Counted from the first letter of the stretch, positions 48,350-58,528 are shown. The stretch: 64,000 nucleotides of DNA from Vicinamibacterales bacterium (GCA_963787755.1 CAWBEG010000017.1:362-64361); one strand, 5' to 3'. Notes: generated by a model not told the origin, from the letters alone. Numbers and translations: made by a program.

Positions 48350-49711
48350 CGCCGTGGAGGCACTTCGCCAATGTTTCCACACATGATGGACAGGAAAACC
48401 TGCTGCCGCAATGCACAATCCGTAGATCGGTGAATAATTGCCCGCCTGGATTTCCCCCCAAACGATTGCCGTCACGCCGATCACCGTCCCCAGCACGAAG
48501 CAGAGTGGCACCCATGGATATCCCGGCGTGCGAAATGGACGTGGCGCATCGGCCATTTTCCGCCGCAACACGAACACCGCCGCGACAGCGAAGATGAGCG
48601 CGGCCCACTCGACGACGACGAAGTAGGTGATGAGCGTGTCGTAGTCTCGGAGCACGAGCACCATACCGATTGCGGCGGCGCTCTGTATGAGCATGGCGAG
48701 CCAGGGCGTGGCAAAGCGTGGGTGCACATTTCCGAGAAATGAGAACGTGAGGCCGTCGCGCGCCATCGCAAAGGCCACACGCGGCCTGGCGAGGCAGTTA
48801 CCGTTGAGCGCGCCGAACACGCTCACCATCACCGCCAGAATGATCGCGGTGCCACCGACCGGGCCGGCGATCGACTCCATCACCGTCCGCGCGACGGCTT
48901 CCTTCTGCTGCGACAGAATGCCGATCGGCATCATGTACAAATAGGCAAGATTGGCCCCGACATAGAGGATCACGATCGTCAGCATGCCGGCGATGATGAT
49001 GCGCTTCATCAAGCGCTCTGGCGCGATGACCTCGCCAGCGATCATGCTGACCGCAATCCACCCGTCGTAGGTGAAGATGACCGACGCCACGGCGCGCGCC
49101 AGGCCGCTCACTTTCACCGGTCCGCCCCCTGCCAGATTCGCTGCGCTGCCCTGCCCCAGCAGGAACGCTCCGAGAATAATCGCGGCTAAGGCCGCGACTT
49201 TGACGACAGTGGTCACCTCACTCACTGCCGCTCCAACCCGAGCGCCGAGCACATTGGCAAAGGTGAGCGTGACGAGAGCGGCGATTCCGATCGCCTGCAC
49301 GGTGAATAAGTCCGAGGGCACGCGAAGCAGGTTGAGCAGGAATTCCGCGAACACGGTGGCCAGCGCAGCCATGGTCGCCGGTGTCGTGACGAGCACATAG
49401 ATCCAGCCGAACACAAAGGCCGAGGCGTCGCCGTACGCCTCGCGCAGAAAGACGTACACCCCGCCCGTGCGCGGCAGCATCGAGCTGAGCTCGGCGACGG
49501 TGAGGGCGCCGCAGATGCTGATGAGACCGAACGCCACCCAGAGCGCCATGATGATGAGTGGGCTCGGCACGAAGCCCGCAACCGTGGGCGGCGTCCGGAA
49601 GATGCCACTGCCGATGGTGATGCCGACGATGAGCGCTGTTCCGCTGGAGAAGCCGATGACCCTGCGAAGATCGTGCGTCACCGAATACTGGAGTTCGTCG
49701 ACCTTCGCCAT
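48317..49711 (-). CDS. APC-superfamily amino acid permease
   Basis: About 12 TM helices. ..GFSSGTALIVGITIGSGIFRTP..LSSMLPRTGGVYVFLREAYG..FTYDGWIAVSMIAGEV.. Intact 464 aa. Confidence 0.85.
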   Translation of the reverse strand: MAKVDELQYSVTHDLRRVIGFSSGTALIVGITIGSGIFRTPPTVAGFVPSPLIIMALWVAFGLISICGALTVAELSSMLPRTGGVYVFLREAYGDASAFVFGWIYVLVTTPATMAALATVFAEFLLNLLRVPSDLFTVQAIGIAALVTLTFANVLGARVGAAVSEVTTVVKVAALAAIILGAFLLGQGSAANLAGGGPVKVSGLARAVASVIFTYDGWIAVSMIAGEVIAPERLMKRIIIAGMLTIVILYVGANLAYLYMMPIGILSQQKEAVARTVMESIAGPVGGTAIILAVMVSVFGALNGNCLARPRVAFAMARDGLTFSFLGNVHPRFATPWLAMLIQSAAAIGMVLVLRDYDTLITYFVVVEWAALIFAVAAVFVLRRKMADAPRPFRTPGYPWVPLCFVLGTVIGVTAIVWGEIQAGNYSPIYGLCIAAAGFPVHHVWKHWRSASTANNEKRRTKSE

Positions 49712-49716
49712 AAGTT

Positions 49717-50871
49717 TTAGCGCACCGTGAACGGAATCGTGATGCGCTGAGGATTGGGGCTCTTGTCAACTGTGTCGAAATTGTCGACCTCGAAAGCCTT
49801 GCCGATCTGATTGCCGGCGACGTCCTCGAGGGTGTCGAGCGCCAGCAGATCGTAATGGCCCGCCCGCCACGGCTCACGCGGCGTGAACACCCATCGTGTT
49901 TCAGCATCTTCGACGGTCACGTCGCCTGCGATTGCGACGTCACCGCGCACTACACCGAGCGTGCGCATCAATAAACCATGATCGAGGGGTCTGGGAAAAG
50001 TCACGGCGAGAGCATTGCGATTGCCCGCGGCCGGAGGCGGCTCGATGCGCCATGAACGCGGATCGAGCGGCTTCGCAACGGGCGGCCCGACCTGCAGCAC
50101 CCGCCGGTACTCATCCTTCAGAGGCAGGCCGTGCTGGTCGCGCCACTCCCGGCTGATGACGAGCGTGACCGTGCGCCCGGCATCGAGCGCGCGCCCCATC
50201 TGCTTGTTCGGCAGGATGCCGGATTTCACCCGTCCGGGATCGAGGAACCCGGTGAAGCGCGTATGCGCGGGATCCCAGAACTCGTAGTCGAGCGGCAGGA
50301 ATGCCCCCTCGATCTCGCGGCCATCCGAGCCGAGCAACTTCATGTACGGGATGCCGCTGGGGCGTCCCATCGGCCCGGAGAACTCGACATATATCCGCAG
50401 CAGGTTTTCGGGCACGGCATCGCCAGACGGATAGACGCGCGCGACGGTCGTTGAAGGCGCGACGTGGGTCGCGGGCACGGTGACAGTGGCGACGATGACG
50501 GGCCCGGTGCCTGCGTCCGCTCCCGGCAGATGCGACGGATCGAATCGGACAATGTACGGGCGGCCTGCGTCGAGCTCGAACTGCGGCGTGAACCTCAGCT
50601 CGCTGTCGGTGACGCTGTATGTGCCGAGCATCCCCGGCGCCGTATCGCTGACTGCCACGCGAAACAGCCGCGCCCACTGTTCGTCAGTAAGTGCTGCGGC
50701 ACGTACGGCGCGCAGGTGCGCAGCCGACAGGCCGATCACATTGACGTAATAAGCACCGCTGCTCCGATGGCCAAGGGCGATTGCCGGTGTGGAAGAAAAA
50801 TTGCCGGAGCTGCATGCCGTGGCGATCAGCAGCGCACTAATCGCCGCGGCACGCAGCACCCGGACGGACAT
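49717..50871 (-). CDS. Lipoprotein, function unknown (Ig-like/beta-sandwich composition)
   Basis: MSVRVLRAAAISALLIATACSSG (lipobox). Intact 384 aa. The start shares one nucleotide (50871) with the upstream gene's stop codon. Confidence 0.55.
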   Translation of the reverse strand: MSVRVLRAAAISALLIATACSSGNFSSTPAIALGHRSSGAYYVNVIGLSAAHLRAVRAAALTDEQWARLFRVAVSDTAPGMLGTYSVTDSELRFTPQFELDAGRPYIVRFDPSHLPGADAGTGPVIVATVTVPATHVAPSTTVARVYPSGDAVPENLLRIYVEFSGPMGRPSGIPYMKLLGSDGREIEGAFLPLDYEFWDPAHTRFTGFLDPGRVKSGILPNKQMGRALDAGRTVTLVISREWRDQHGLPLKDEYRRVLQVGPPVAKPLDPRSWRIEPPPAAGNRNALAVTFPRPLDHGLLMRTLGVVRGDVAIAGDVTVEDAETRWVFTPREPWRAGHYDLLALDTLEDVAGNQIGKAFEVDNFDTVDKSPNPQRITIPFTVR

Positions 50872-51974
50872 TACGGAAGCGCGAGGACCTGCAGGTTGAT
50901 GCCGCCGGCGGCCGAGCGCGCGACGACAATCGAGTTGCTGTCGTCGAGCTTGTCGAGCTGCTGGATGCCGGTCATGGTCGTGACCTTCTCGAACGGCACG
51001 CCGCCCGTCTCGGTTTCGACCGGCGCGATAATCGGCGCCGCCGAGGCAAACGTGTTCGTCGGAATCTTCATCACACCGCGGCTGTTATTCGTCGTGAGCA
51101 GAAATTCCTGGCCGCCCTTGCGGTACACAATCATGTCGAGCACGCGGTTGCCGGCGCCGAACTCGGCGATCGTCACGCCGCGCACTTTCTGGCCGGGCTT
51201 CAGGTTGCTGATCGGGAACTTCACGAGCGGCGTGCAGGTGTAGCCTGCAAGCAAGTACTGCTCGCCGTTGAGTGTGTACGGCACGAACGCGTTGACGGGC
51301 GACCGCGTCTCCACAGCCTTATGGTTGCCGTGATAAATCTCCACGCTCGTGCCGGCATCGATGCTGGCGAACGGATACGGGATCGCGCGCAGCTTCGACG
51401 CGAACTCTTCGTTGGAGAGGCCGGCCACCCAGAGGCGGCCATCCGCAAACGCCATGTCGGTGACGACCTGCGTGCGGGGATTGCCGCGCGCCGTGGGATT
51501 CGCCGCGGGCGCGTTCTGAATCTCGACGCGCTGGAATTTCAGCGCCTGCAGCGGCACGTTGGCGATCGCGCCCGCGCCATCGACGCGGAACAGCGCCGCG
51601 GCTGCTGTGGCGCCCTGGCCGCGCATCACCGACACGTAGGCATTGCGCGTCTTCGGATGCACGGCGAGATCGGTAATGACGACTTCGCTCGCACCCGTGC
51701 CGAGCAGCGCCGCGAGCTTTTCATCGATGGCATCGAGGCCCTTCGCGCCGGCCGCGCCGCCATTGGCCTGCGCGCCGAGGTCGAGCGCCACGATGGCCGC
51801 GCCCTGCGTATCCGCCGCGAACAGAGTCCCGTCGGGAGCAAAAGCGAGCGGGCCGATTGAGCCGAACGTGGGGCCTTCGCCCGCGCGTGTGATTTGCACG
51901 GCCGAGGACGGCGACAGCGAGGCGAGGACGACCAAGGTCATCACAAGCCCGAGTTTCACGGAAAGAAACTTCAT
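50871..51974 (-). CDS. Secreted beta-propeller-like hypothetical protein
   Basis: ATG 51974 is preceded by AGGAG. MKFLSVKLGLVMTLVVLASLSPSSA. Repeated ..DG.L.. strands. Confidence 0.55.
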   Translation of the reverse strand: MKFLSVKLGLVMTLVVLASLSPSSAVQITRAGEGPTFGSIGPLAFAPDGTLFAADTQGAAIVALDLGAQANGGAAGAKGLDAIDEKLAALLGTGASEVVITDLAVHPKTRNAYVSVMRGQGATAAAALFRVDGAGAIANVPLQALKFQRVEIQNAPAANPTARGNPRTQVVTDMAFADGRLWVAGLSNEEFASKLRAIPYPFASIDAGTSVEIYHGNHKAVETRSPVNAFVPYTLNGEQYLLAGYTCTPLVKFPISNLKPGQKVRGVTIAEFGAGNRVLDMIVYRKGGQEFLLTTNNSRGVMKIPTNTFASAAPIIAPVETETGGVPFEKVTTMTGIQQLDKLDDSNSIVVARSAAGGINLQVLALP

Positions 51975-52038
51975 AGCGGCGGCTCCTTTCAAAAGGTGGG
52001 AACAACGCTACTCCCCTCGGAGGGGGGCGTCAAGGGAC

Positions 52039-52380
52039 TCACTTGCCTTCTGGCGTGTCATCCCAATGCACATGGTGCATGAGGTGGTGTATGCCGGGAC
52101 CTAAGAGCAGGCCTGCGACGGCAATCACCACTAATCCTGCAAACAACGCGTAGAGGCCCGCAAAGATTTTTCCGGACTCAGATAGATCTGTCTTCACCGG
52201 GCCCATGCCGCCGAGGAGCATCGCCGCGTTCAAGAACGCATCTCGCCACGGCAGATGCTCGTAATGTTCGTAGCCCCAGATGCCCACCTGCAGCGAAACC
52301 CCAAGGATCCCCAAAGAGATCACAAGGTGAATCAGCGTCCGCCGCCAGAAAAGGCTCCGGTGGGCTCTCTCGCGTGTCAT
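52039..52380 (-). CDS. Small integral membrane protein, function unknown
   Basis: 113 aa, three predicted TM helices (LIHLVISLGILGVSLQVGIWG; AFLNAAMLLGGMGPV; IFAGLYALFAGLVVIAVAGLLLG). Overlaps the upstream gene's stop by 4 nt. Confidence 0.55.
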   Translation of the reverse strand: MTRERAHRSLFWRRTLIHLVISLGILGVSLQVGIWGYEHYEHLPWRDAFLNAAMLLGGMGPVKTDLSESGKIFAGLYALFAGLVVIAVAGLLLGPGIHHLMHHVHWDDTPEGK

Positions 52381-53378
52381 TTCCGTTGTCCCACGAAGAC
52401 CGGCTGCGTCCAGGCTCGCAGACCTCCACTATCTTCGATTCTGGCGCGCACGTAGCCCTCACCGCCATTGAAGGTGTACCGAGCAGGATTTTGCTGCGAC
52501 GTCGCCAGCTCACGACCATTCTTGCCGATAAACACGACACGATAGCGTTTCGCACTTTGTATTGGTGAGGCGGTCTGGATCTCCACGCTCAACGCGTCCG
52601 ATGTAGACACAATCTGCTTCAATTCAACGCCGGAGGAAGCATAAAACTCTCCCGCGTTCAAGGCAGCGACGATGTGTTCCCTGGTGAGCGAAGGCGCCCG
52701 GACAACTACCCAACCGCGTCCTGGATTCGCCCGGTCCAGGGTGAAATCCTGGCGGAAGTTGTGCGCATCGTCGACCGCTACTCCGAAGACGCGCATGCCC
52801 GCAGACAAGAGCTGATCCCACATCTGCTCAGTCGCTGGAACGAGTCCGTCGCCACTATGATTGACAGCGGGGTGCCCGCTGGCGATCTCCAGCAACACGG
52901 GTCCTTTCAGGGGGAGCATTTCGCTCGCCGTGAATGCCCACCGAAAATTAGGATGGTTGATGAGAGCCACAGCGCCTTGCTCACGGATGGCGTCGATGCT
53001 CGCCTGCAGGATGTCGGTCACCGTCGATCCGCGTTGAGCCGGGATAACTCTGCTGATCCCGATTGCGTTCACATGGACGGTCTTCTCATTCGTGACTTCC
53101 TCGGCGCCCAGGAGCAGAAAGTTGTCATTCGGGTTCGAATCGAAGTGCGCGGGATCCGTGAACGTGTTGTGATCCGTGATGGCGAGAAACTGGTAGCCGT
53201 TCAGCTTGTACCAAGCCACCAGATCCCATGGTGAAGAGTCGCCATCGGAATTAATCGTGTGTGTGTGAAGATTGCCTCGATACCAGTTGAGAGCGGACGC
53301 CGGGGCTTGTGCCGCTCCCGCATATGCAAGGGACGCAAACGCGAACGCCAGAAATACTGGTGAGTGTTGCGTCCTCAA
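52377..53378 (-). CDS. PHP-domain (CehA/McbA-family) metallo-hydrolase, secreted
   Basis: TTG 53378 forms a TTGA overlap with the upstream stop. LRTQHSPVFLAFAFASLAYAGAAQA; WYRGNLHTHTINSDGDSSP..FLAITDHN..INHPNF..VAVDDAHN. The ORF N-terminus to 53747 is not protein-like. Confidence 0.75.
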   Translation of the reverse strand: MRTQHSPVFLAFAFASLAYAGAAQAPASALNWYRGNLHTHTINSDGDSSPWDLVAWYKLNGYQFLAITDHNTFTDPAHFDSNPNDNFLLLGAEEVTNEKTVHVNAIGISRVIPAQRGSTVTDILQASIDAIREQGAVALINHPNFRWAFTASEMLPLKGPVLLEIASGHPAVNHSGDGLVPATEQMWDQLLSAGMRVFGVAVDDAHNFRQDFTLDRANPGRGWVVVRAPSLTREHIVAALNAGEFYASSGVELKQIVSTSDALSVEIQTASPIQSAKRYRVVFIGKNGRELATSQQNPARYTFNGGEGYVRARIEDSGGLRAWTQPVFVGQRK

Positions 53379-54580
53379 TTTGGCCTCGCGCCGAGCTTCG
53401 GTCCGGCCGCGTACTCCTTGCTGAATCCGTTGCGCGAATTGGCGACCGTGAAGCTGCCGTCCGGCCGCACCGACACTTTGAGGAAATACGCCGGCGAATG
53501 TGGCGGCAGCTGCGGGCCCCGTCCTCCCCTGCCTCCGACTCCACCCCGTTGCGCCGGTTGTGATGGCGCTTGCCCGGCTGGCGGCGCCGGCGTCCGATCG
53601 AGATTCGCGATGAATTGCTCGGGCGCGTTGAAATCCGGTCCTCCCGGTTCCAGCTTCTCTTCGAAATTGACAGAGATCGGACGCTGCTCCGAGTAATGGA
53701 GCTGCCAGACATCCTGGATGCTCTTCGTCTTTCTCAGCGTGTCCCATGTTTCGACCGAGCCGCCCTTGCGCGCGCCGTTGTTCATCAGCGCCACGCGCGG
53801 GGCAACCGCTCCCACCAGCGCCGGAAGACCAGACCGCGCCAGACCATGATGCGTCGTCAGGTAGACGTCAACCGTGCCGAGCAGGTTGATCGGGCAGACC
53901 AGCGGGTGTTCGAGATTCCACGTGAGATCGCCGAGATCCAGCATACGAAATCGACCGAAGGCGCTGATGACGGCTCCCAGCGAGTGGTAGTTCTCGGTCG
54001 TGTCGGGCGGGTGCGCGACGTAGTCCACGCACATCGGATTCCTGGCGCCGCCGTTGGCGAGCGGCTTCGTAATGGCGCCGCCCTTTGCCGCCACAATCTG
54101 GACATCGATGCCCTCGATCGGGAGAGCGTCGCCGGCTTTGACGACAATGTGGCGCCCGGCGGCAATCGTCGCGGCATAGGTCTCGTTGAAGCGCGCGATA
54201 TTGGCCGTCTGCTGCTCTGTTGGTTCGGGCACCGTCGGCACCTGGACTCTCGGACCGTAATCCACGAAGTTCTTGATCGGTATCCGGTCGCTCACGTCCT
54301 TCACGCCACCCACATGATCTCCGTCGTAGTGAGTGACGAGCACGTAATCGATCTGAGCGAGGCCGGCCTGCTTCGCCGTCTCGACGATGCGGCCGGCGTC
54401 GCGTTCTCCGGCGCTGCCGGCGTCAATCAGCAGCGATTCGCCGGACGGCGAGACAAACAGCGTGGACTGGCCGCCTTCCACGTCGATTGAATAGATGTCC
54501 AGAGTTTTTCGGTTCTGCATGGAGGCAGTGCCAGATAAGGCGAGCAGCAACGCAGCAACGGCAGCAAGCTTCAAGCGCAT
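53375..54580 (-). CDS. MBL-fold metallo-hydrolase (ComEC C-terminal-domain-like), secreted
   Basis: MRLKLAAVAALLLALSGTASMQ; LDIYSIDVEGGQSTLFVSPSGESLLIDAG..YVLVTHYDGDHVGG..LTTHHG.. with a Gly/Pro/Arg-rich C-terminal region. Confidence 0.8.
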   Translation of the reverse strand: MRLKLAAVAALLLALSGTASMQNRKTLDIYSIDVEGGQSTLFVSPSGESLLIDAGSAGERDAGRIVETAKQAGLAQIDYVLVTHYDGDHVGGVKDVSDRIPIKNFVDYGPRVQVPTVPEPTEQQTANIARFNETYAATIAAGRHIVVKAGDALPIEGIDVQIVAAKGGAITKPLANGGARNPMCVDYVAHPPDTTENYHSLGAVISAFGRFRMLDLGDLTWNLEHPLVCPINLLGTVDVYLTTHHGLARSGLPALVGAVAPRVALMNNGARKGGSVETWDTLRKTKSIQDVWQLHYSEQRPISVNFEEKLEPGGPDFNAPEQFIANLDRTPAPPAGQAPSQPAQRGGVGGRGGRGPQLPPHSPAYFLKVSVRPDGSFTVANSRNGFSKEYAAGPKLGARPN

Positions 54581-54581
54581 G

Positions 54582-57125
54582 TCATCTCACCTCAGCGGCC
54601 TCGCTGGCTAATCGCCGGTACACCTTCCGCGCCTCGTCGAACTGCCCGTACACGTGATCCTTTTCCTTCGGCGAGCGCCATCCCGGCCAGGCGTCGGCAA
54701 GCTTTTGGAGTTTATCGATCCACTGTAGCGCGTACTCGGCGGACACGCGGTTGCGGACCGGAAGATTTCCGACGATCACCCAGATGGGATTTGTGAATCC
54801 CTGCGGGTAGCCCGTATCCAGTGGAAACCGATCCTCAGGTGCGCCTTCCGCACGGACGTGAAACCACCCGCTTTTGCCGGCCTGCAGAGTCTTGCGGAAA
54901 TCGGCGGTTCGGCGATCGACACTCAACGGGATGTCCTCCACCGATTGACCGTTGAAGAAGAGCGTGACTTTCTGCAGCGGGACAATCGACCGTACCTGCG
55001 CGTGCACGTCGACAGCTCCACCACCTGCCTGCACCGTCACGGTCTCTCCGGGCAATGCACCGTTCACCGACAACTCGACAAGCGGTCCGTTTGTGACCAA
55101 CGCGCGTCCGGCTCGCATGCCATCGAGCCAGGCGTGCATGTCCAACCCGCGCCCGCCAGTGAAGACATAGGTGCGATGCGAGCCGACGAGCTTGCTCATG
55201 TGGAGATTGCTGATCGAGTCTTCACCACCAACGGCCGTGACCTTGATACCGTTGTTCCACAGCGAGTACAGCGGAAAGAAGCCCGCCCGGCCGGCAGCAG
55301 ACCACTCGATCGCGTCAGTCGTTCCGAGGGCGGCATCGACGATTCCCCCTTTCGCACCGCCGAGCTCGACGTCGAGCGGATCATGCTCGCCGGCATAGGC
55401 ATGCACGTACCCGACGTACGCGCCTTGCGCTCTGGCCTTGCGGAAGATATCGGTATTGCTCGGGTACAGGCTTTCGATGGCGGTCCCTTCGTACCCGGTC
55501 GTGAAGGGGGACATGAGATGATCGCGCATGCCGAAGAGGAACACGTGTCCCCAGAGTGGCGGCCGATATTCCTGACCGACAACGAGAAGCATGTCTTTGC
55601 GCGACAGCGGATGGGGTCCGCCGCCTGGAACGAAAAACTGATGATCGAGGATTCGGTTGTCCTTGTTTGCGATCTGTTCGAGGACGATGTCCTGATCTTC
55701 AGCAGCCGACATCATCATCAGGTTCTCCAGCGTGTTGTGGAGATTGCCGCCATAGTTCATGTGGACATGAGTGGAGCCGTTGTGCCAGCCCTTCACTGAC
55801 ATGTCGGTCATCCGCTTCATGCTGATCTGCGCGGTCGTCACGTCGTTGGCCACGATATCGATGTCGGCGCTCTGGGGCCATACCTCGAAGCCTTTGACGG
55901 CCGTCAACCTCGTCTTCCCGACCGGCAGCTCTACACGGAATTCGCCAGCCGAATGAAACATTCTGTCACCTGCGGCGCTGACGCGCGCGTACGCGTCTGC
56001 AGGCGCGTAGAACTTGCCATCGGCCGCTGTGAGATGGATTCGTGCGCCGGTCACCTGCCCGCCGTCATCGACGGTCCGGACCGAAAGCATTCCCATCGGC
56101 CGCTTCCATCGGCGATCGACGATGCGAACGATTCGATTTTCACCGCCGTAGACTTCAAGCAGCGCCAGCTGAGGCAGGCCCTCGCGGTTGTCGATATACG
56201 CAATCCACTCGCCGTCAGGTGACCAGCGCGGATGGAACGCATCGTGCTGAAAGAACGTCAGCTTGTACGGCTCCCCTCCGGCGACGGGCTGCACGTAGAG
56301 ATTCGTGAACTGATCCGCCGCCCCTCGAGTGGATGAATAGACGAATCGTTTTCCATCAATCGACACGTGCGGCCGTGCACGATACAGGGTCTGCTCGACG
56401 ACCACCGCTCGTGCTTCGTCTATTCCGCCGGCGACCGCTGGCGCGAGCCAGATGTTGCCTGACCCGAGCGGCACACCGCGATTCGAGACGAGCAACAGCT
56501 GCTTGCCGTCACGCGTCCAGGCCGGCGTAATGTGCAGATCCTCCGCACCGAAATACAGCCGCGAATTGCGGTACTTGTTGTCCTGCGACACCGCGATCTC
56601 GGGCCCGGCCCATTGGCCGTTTTGGATCGGGCGGATGTAGACGTTGAAGAACCCGTTCGGTTTCGTCGAGACGTACGCGACCCGAGTGCCGTCTGGCGAA
56701 AACACCGGATCGGTGTAGATGAATTCGTCGTTGGTCAACGCGTTCGTTTCACCGGTCGCAACATTGACGCTGGCAAGCTGAATCGTGGACCCGCCATTGT
56801 CAGCCGTGTAGACGATCCAGTTGCCGTCCGGCGACCAGTCGGGCATCGAGTGATATTTCGCGTCATAGGTGATCTCATGCGCAACGCCGCTCGCGGGATC
56901 GACTTTCCAGATCGAGCCGCTCATCGCGACGGCTATCCATTTGCCATCGGGGGACCATGCGGGCGCCCACGGCGTAGAGCTCGGCGCCGGGGGGAAATAG
57001 TAGTTGTGCATGTACGTGGCACCGGTCCTGGCGCTTGGGTACGTGCGGCCTTCTTGACCGATCACCAAAGACACGGCAGCTACGACGGATGCGGCGGCGG
57101 CGGCAGCCGCACGAAGGACACGCAT
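54582..57125 (-). CDS. Secreted TolB-like (PD40/WD40-like) beta-propeller fused to a CehA/McbA-type PHP metallo-hydrolase
   Basis: Signal peptide. PD40-like repeats: WSPDGKWIAV, WSPDGNWIVY, FSPDGTRVAY, WSPDGEWIAY. Then ..GWHNGSTHVHMNYGG..GYVHAYAGEH..AVGGEDS.. Intact 847 aa. Confidence 0.8.
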   Translation of the reverse strand: MRVLRAAAAAAASVVAAVSLVIGQEGRTYPSARTGATYMHNYYFPPAPSSTPWAPAWSPDGKWIAVAMSGSIWKVDPASGVAHEITYDAKYHSMPDWSPDGNWIVYTADNGGSTIQLASVNVATGETNALTNDEFIYTDPVFSPDGTRVAYVSTKPNGFFNVYIRPIQNGQWAGPEIAVSQDNKYRNSRLYFGAEDLHITPAWTRDGKQLLLVSNRGVPLGSGNIWLAPAVAGGIDEARAVVVEQTLYRARPHVSIDGKRFVYSSTRGAADQFTNLYVQPVAGGEPYKLTFFQHDAFHPRWSPDGEWIAYIDNREGLPQLALLEVYGGENRIVRIVDRRWKRPMGMLSVRTVDDGGQVTGARIHLTAADGKFYAPADAYARVSAAGDRMFHSAGEFRVELPVGKTRLTAVKGFEVWPQSADIDIVANDVTTAQISMKRMTDMSVKGWHNGSTHVHMNYGGNLHNTLENLMMMSAAEDQDIVLEQIANKDNRILDHQFFVPGGGPHPLSRKDMLLVVGQEYRPPLWGHVFLFGMRDHLMSPFTTGYEGTAIESLYPSNTDIFRKARAQGAYVGYVHAYAGEHDPLDVELGGAKGGIVDAALGTTDAIEWSAAGRAGFFPLYSLWNNGIKVTAVGGEDSISNLHMSKLVGSHRTYVFTGGRGLDMHAWLDGMRAGRALVTNGPLVELSVNGALPGETVTVQAGGGAVDVHAQVRSIVPLQKVTLFFNGQSVEDIPLSVDRRTADFRKTLQAGKSGWFHVRAEGAPEDRFPLDTGYPQGFTNPIWVIVGNLPVRNRVSAEYALQWIDKLQKLADAWPGWRSPKEKDHVYGQFDEARKVYRRLASEAAEVR

Positions 57126-58415
57126 TTACACGCCGTGGCGCATGTACTTCGCGACGGCCGCGACCGCGCGGTCGACCTCGGCCATCGTGTTGTAGATGTG
57201 CGGCGAGAAGCGGATACCAGGCCGATCGCTTCCTGTTCGAGTGGCGCAACCGATGCGATCGTTCCGGTAGAGCGCGGCGGCGAGCTTCGGGATGTCGACG
57301 TTTCCTGGCCGAAACGTGACGACCGCACCCGATCGCGCCGGGTCGGGATGCGTCCAGATGTGCACGCCGTCGATGCGGCGAAGTCCGGCGATCAAGCCTT
57401 GCGCGAGCGCTCGCGATCGTTGCTCTATCGCTCGAAGGCCAATTTTGGTTTCGAAACGGATTGCTTCACCAAAACCAATGATCGCCGGCTCATCCCGCTG
57501 CCCCATGGCTTCCATGCGACGCGAGATGCCGATCGTGCCGGCGTATGCACTGATGATGCTGGGATGAATCTTCTCGTGCGCGCGTGCGTTCACATAGAGA
57601 ACGCCGACCTCTTTCGGCCCGCACGGCCACTTGTGTGAGCTTCCGGTATAAAAGTCGGGCTGCATCGCTCCGAGGTCGACATCGAGAAAGCCCATCGCTG
57701 ACGCGCCGTCAACCAAGGTGAGGACGCCACGTTCGCGCGCGACCTGACACAATTCCTTCGCGGGCAGCACATCTCCAACTGTGCTGGTCTGATGTGTGAA
57801 GGCAAGCAGGCTCGTCCGCGGTGAGAGGGCTTTCGTCGCCGCTTCCACGTAGTAATCGGCACCAGGATGGGGGTTCGGCTGCGCAATCGTCGTCACGGTG
57901 TACCCGAAGCGCTTGGCTTTCTGGGTCCACGCCGCGCTGTTGCTCGGATGGTTGTCGGCGAAGATCACGACTTCGTCGCCGGCCTTCAGATCAAGCCCGC
58001 TCGACACGATGTTATTGGCTTCGCTTGTGTTGCGGGTGATAATGATTTCTTCCGGCGTCACCCGGAGGAAGCTCGCGAGCGCGCGCCGCGCGTCCTCTTT
58101 TCCCGTGGTCATCTTCGCCCGGTTCTCGAAGGACGGATCGCCGTCCATGTCTTTCGTGCTGCGATACATCGCTTCCAGAACAGGCGCAGGAGACGGACAG
58201 AGATTTGCGGCGTTCATCACCGCGAGGTCCGACGGCATGAGGAACTGCTCGCGCACCGACAGCCAGAAGCGCTCATCCGGCTGCGCCGGCGTTTGTGCCA
58301 ACGGCGCCGGCCAGGCCTCGAGCTGCTGCGGCAGCAGGACGGAACCACTCAACGCAAGCAAGCGCGAAAAATCGCGGCGGCTAATACCGACGCCCGGCGA
58401 GCGATGCATCCGCAT
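57126..58415 (-). CDS. Class V aminotransferase-fold PLP enzyme (cysteine desulfurase/epimerase-like) with twin-arginine signal
   Basis: ATG 58415 follows AGGAGGG. MRMHRSPGVGISRRDFSRLLALSGSVLLP..; ..MNAANLCPSP..TRNTSEANNIV..FTHQTSTVGDVLP..LVDGASAMG..FYTGSSHKWPCGPKEVG (PLP lysine). Confidence 0.8.
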   Translation of the reverse strand: MRMHRSPGVGISRRDFSRLLALSGSVLLPQQLEAWPAPLAQTPAQPDERFWLSVREQFLMPSDLAVMNAANLCPSPAPVLEAMYRSTKDMDGDPSFENRAKMTTGKEDARRALASFLRVTPEEIIITRNTSEANNIVSSGLDLKAGDEVVIFADNHPSNSAAWTQKAKRFGYTVTTIAQPNPHPGADYYVEAATKALSPRTSLLAFTHQTSTVGDVLPAKELCQVARERGVLTLVDGASAMGFLDVDLGAMQPDFYTGSSHKWPCGPKEVGVLYVNARAHEKIHPSIISAYAGTIGISRRMEAMGQRDEPAIIGFGEAIRFETKIGLRAIEQRSRALAQGLIAGLRRIDGVHIWTHPDPARSGAVVTFRPGNVDIPKLAAALYRNDRIGCATRTGSDRPGIRFSPHIYNTMAEVDRAVAAVAKYMRHGV

Positions 58416-58528
58416 TCATTCCCTCCTGCGGCTATACGTTTTTGAAGCCAGCATCCTACCCTGAAACCGGAAAAAGCGTCTTATCGCCGTCGGAATCGTT
58501 TGCGTCGTGGCGGCCTCTCCATCGACGG

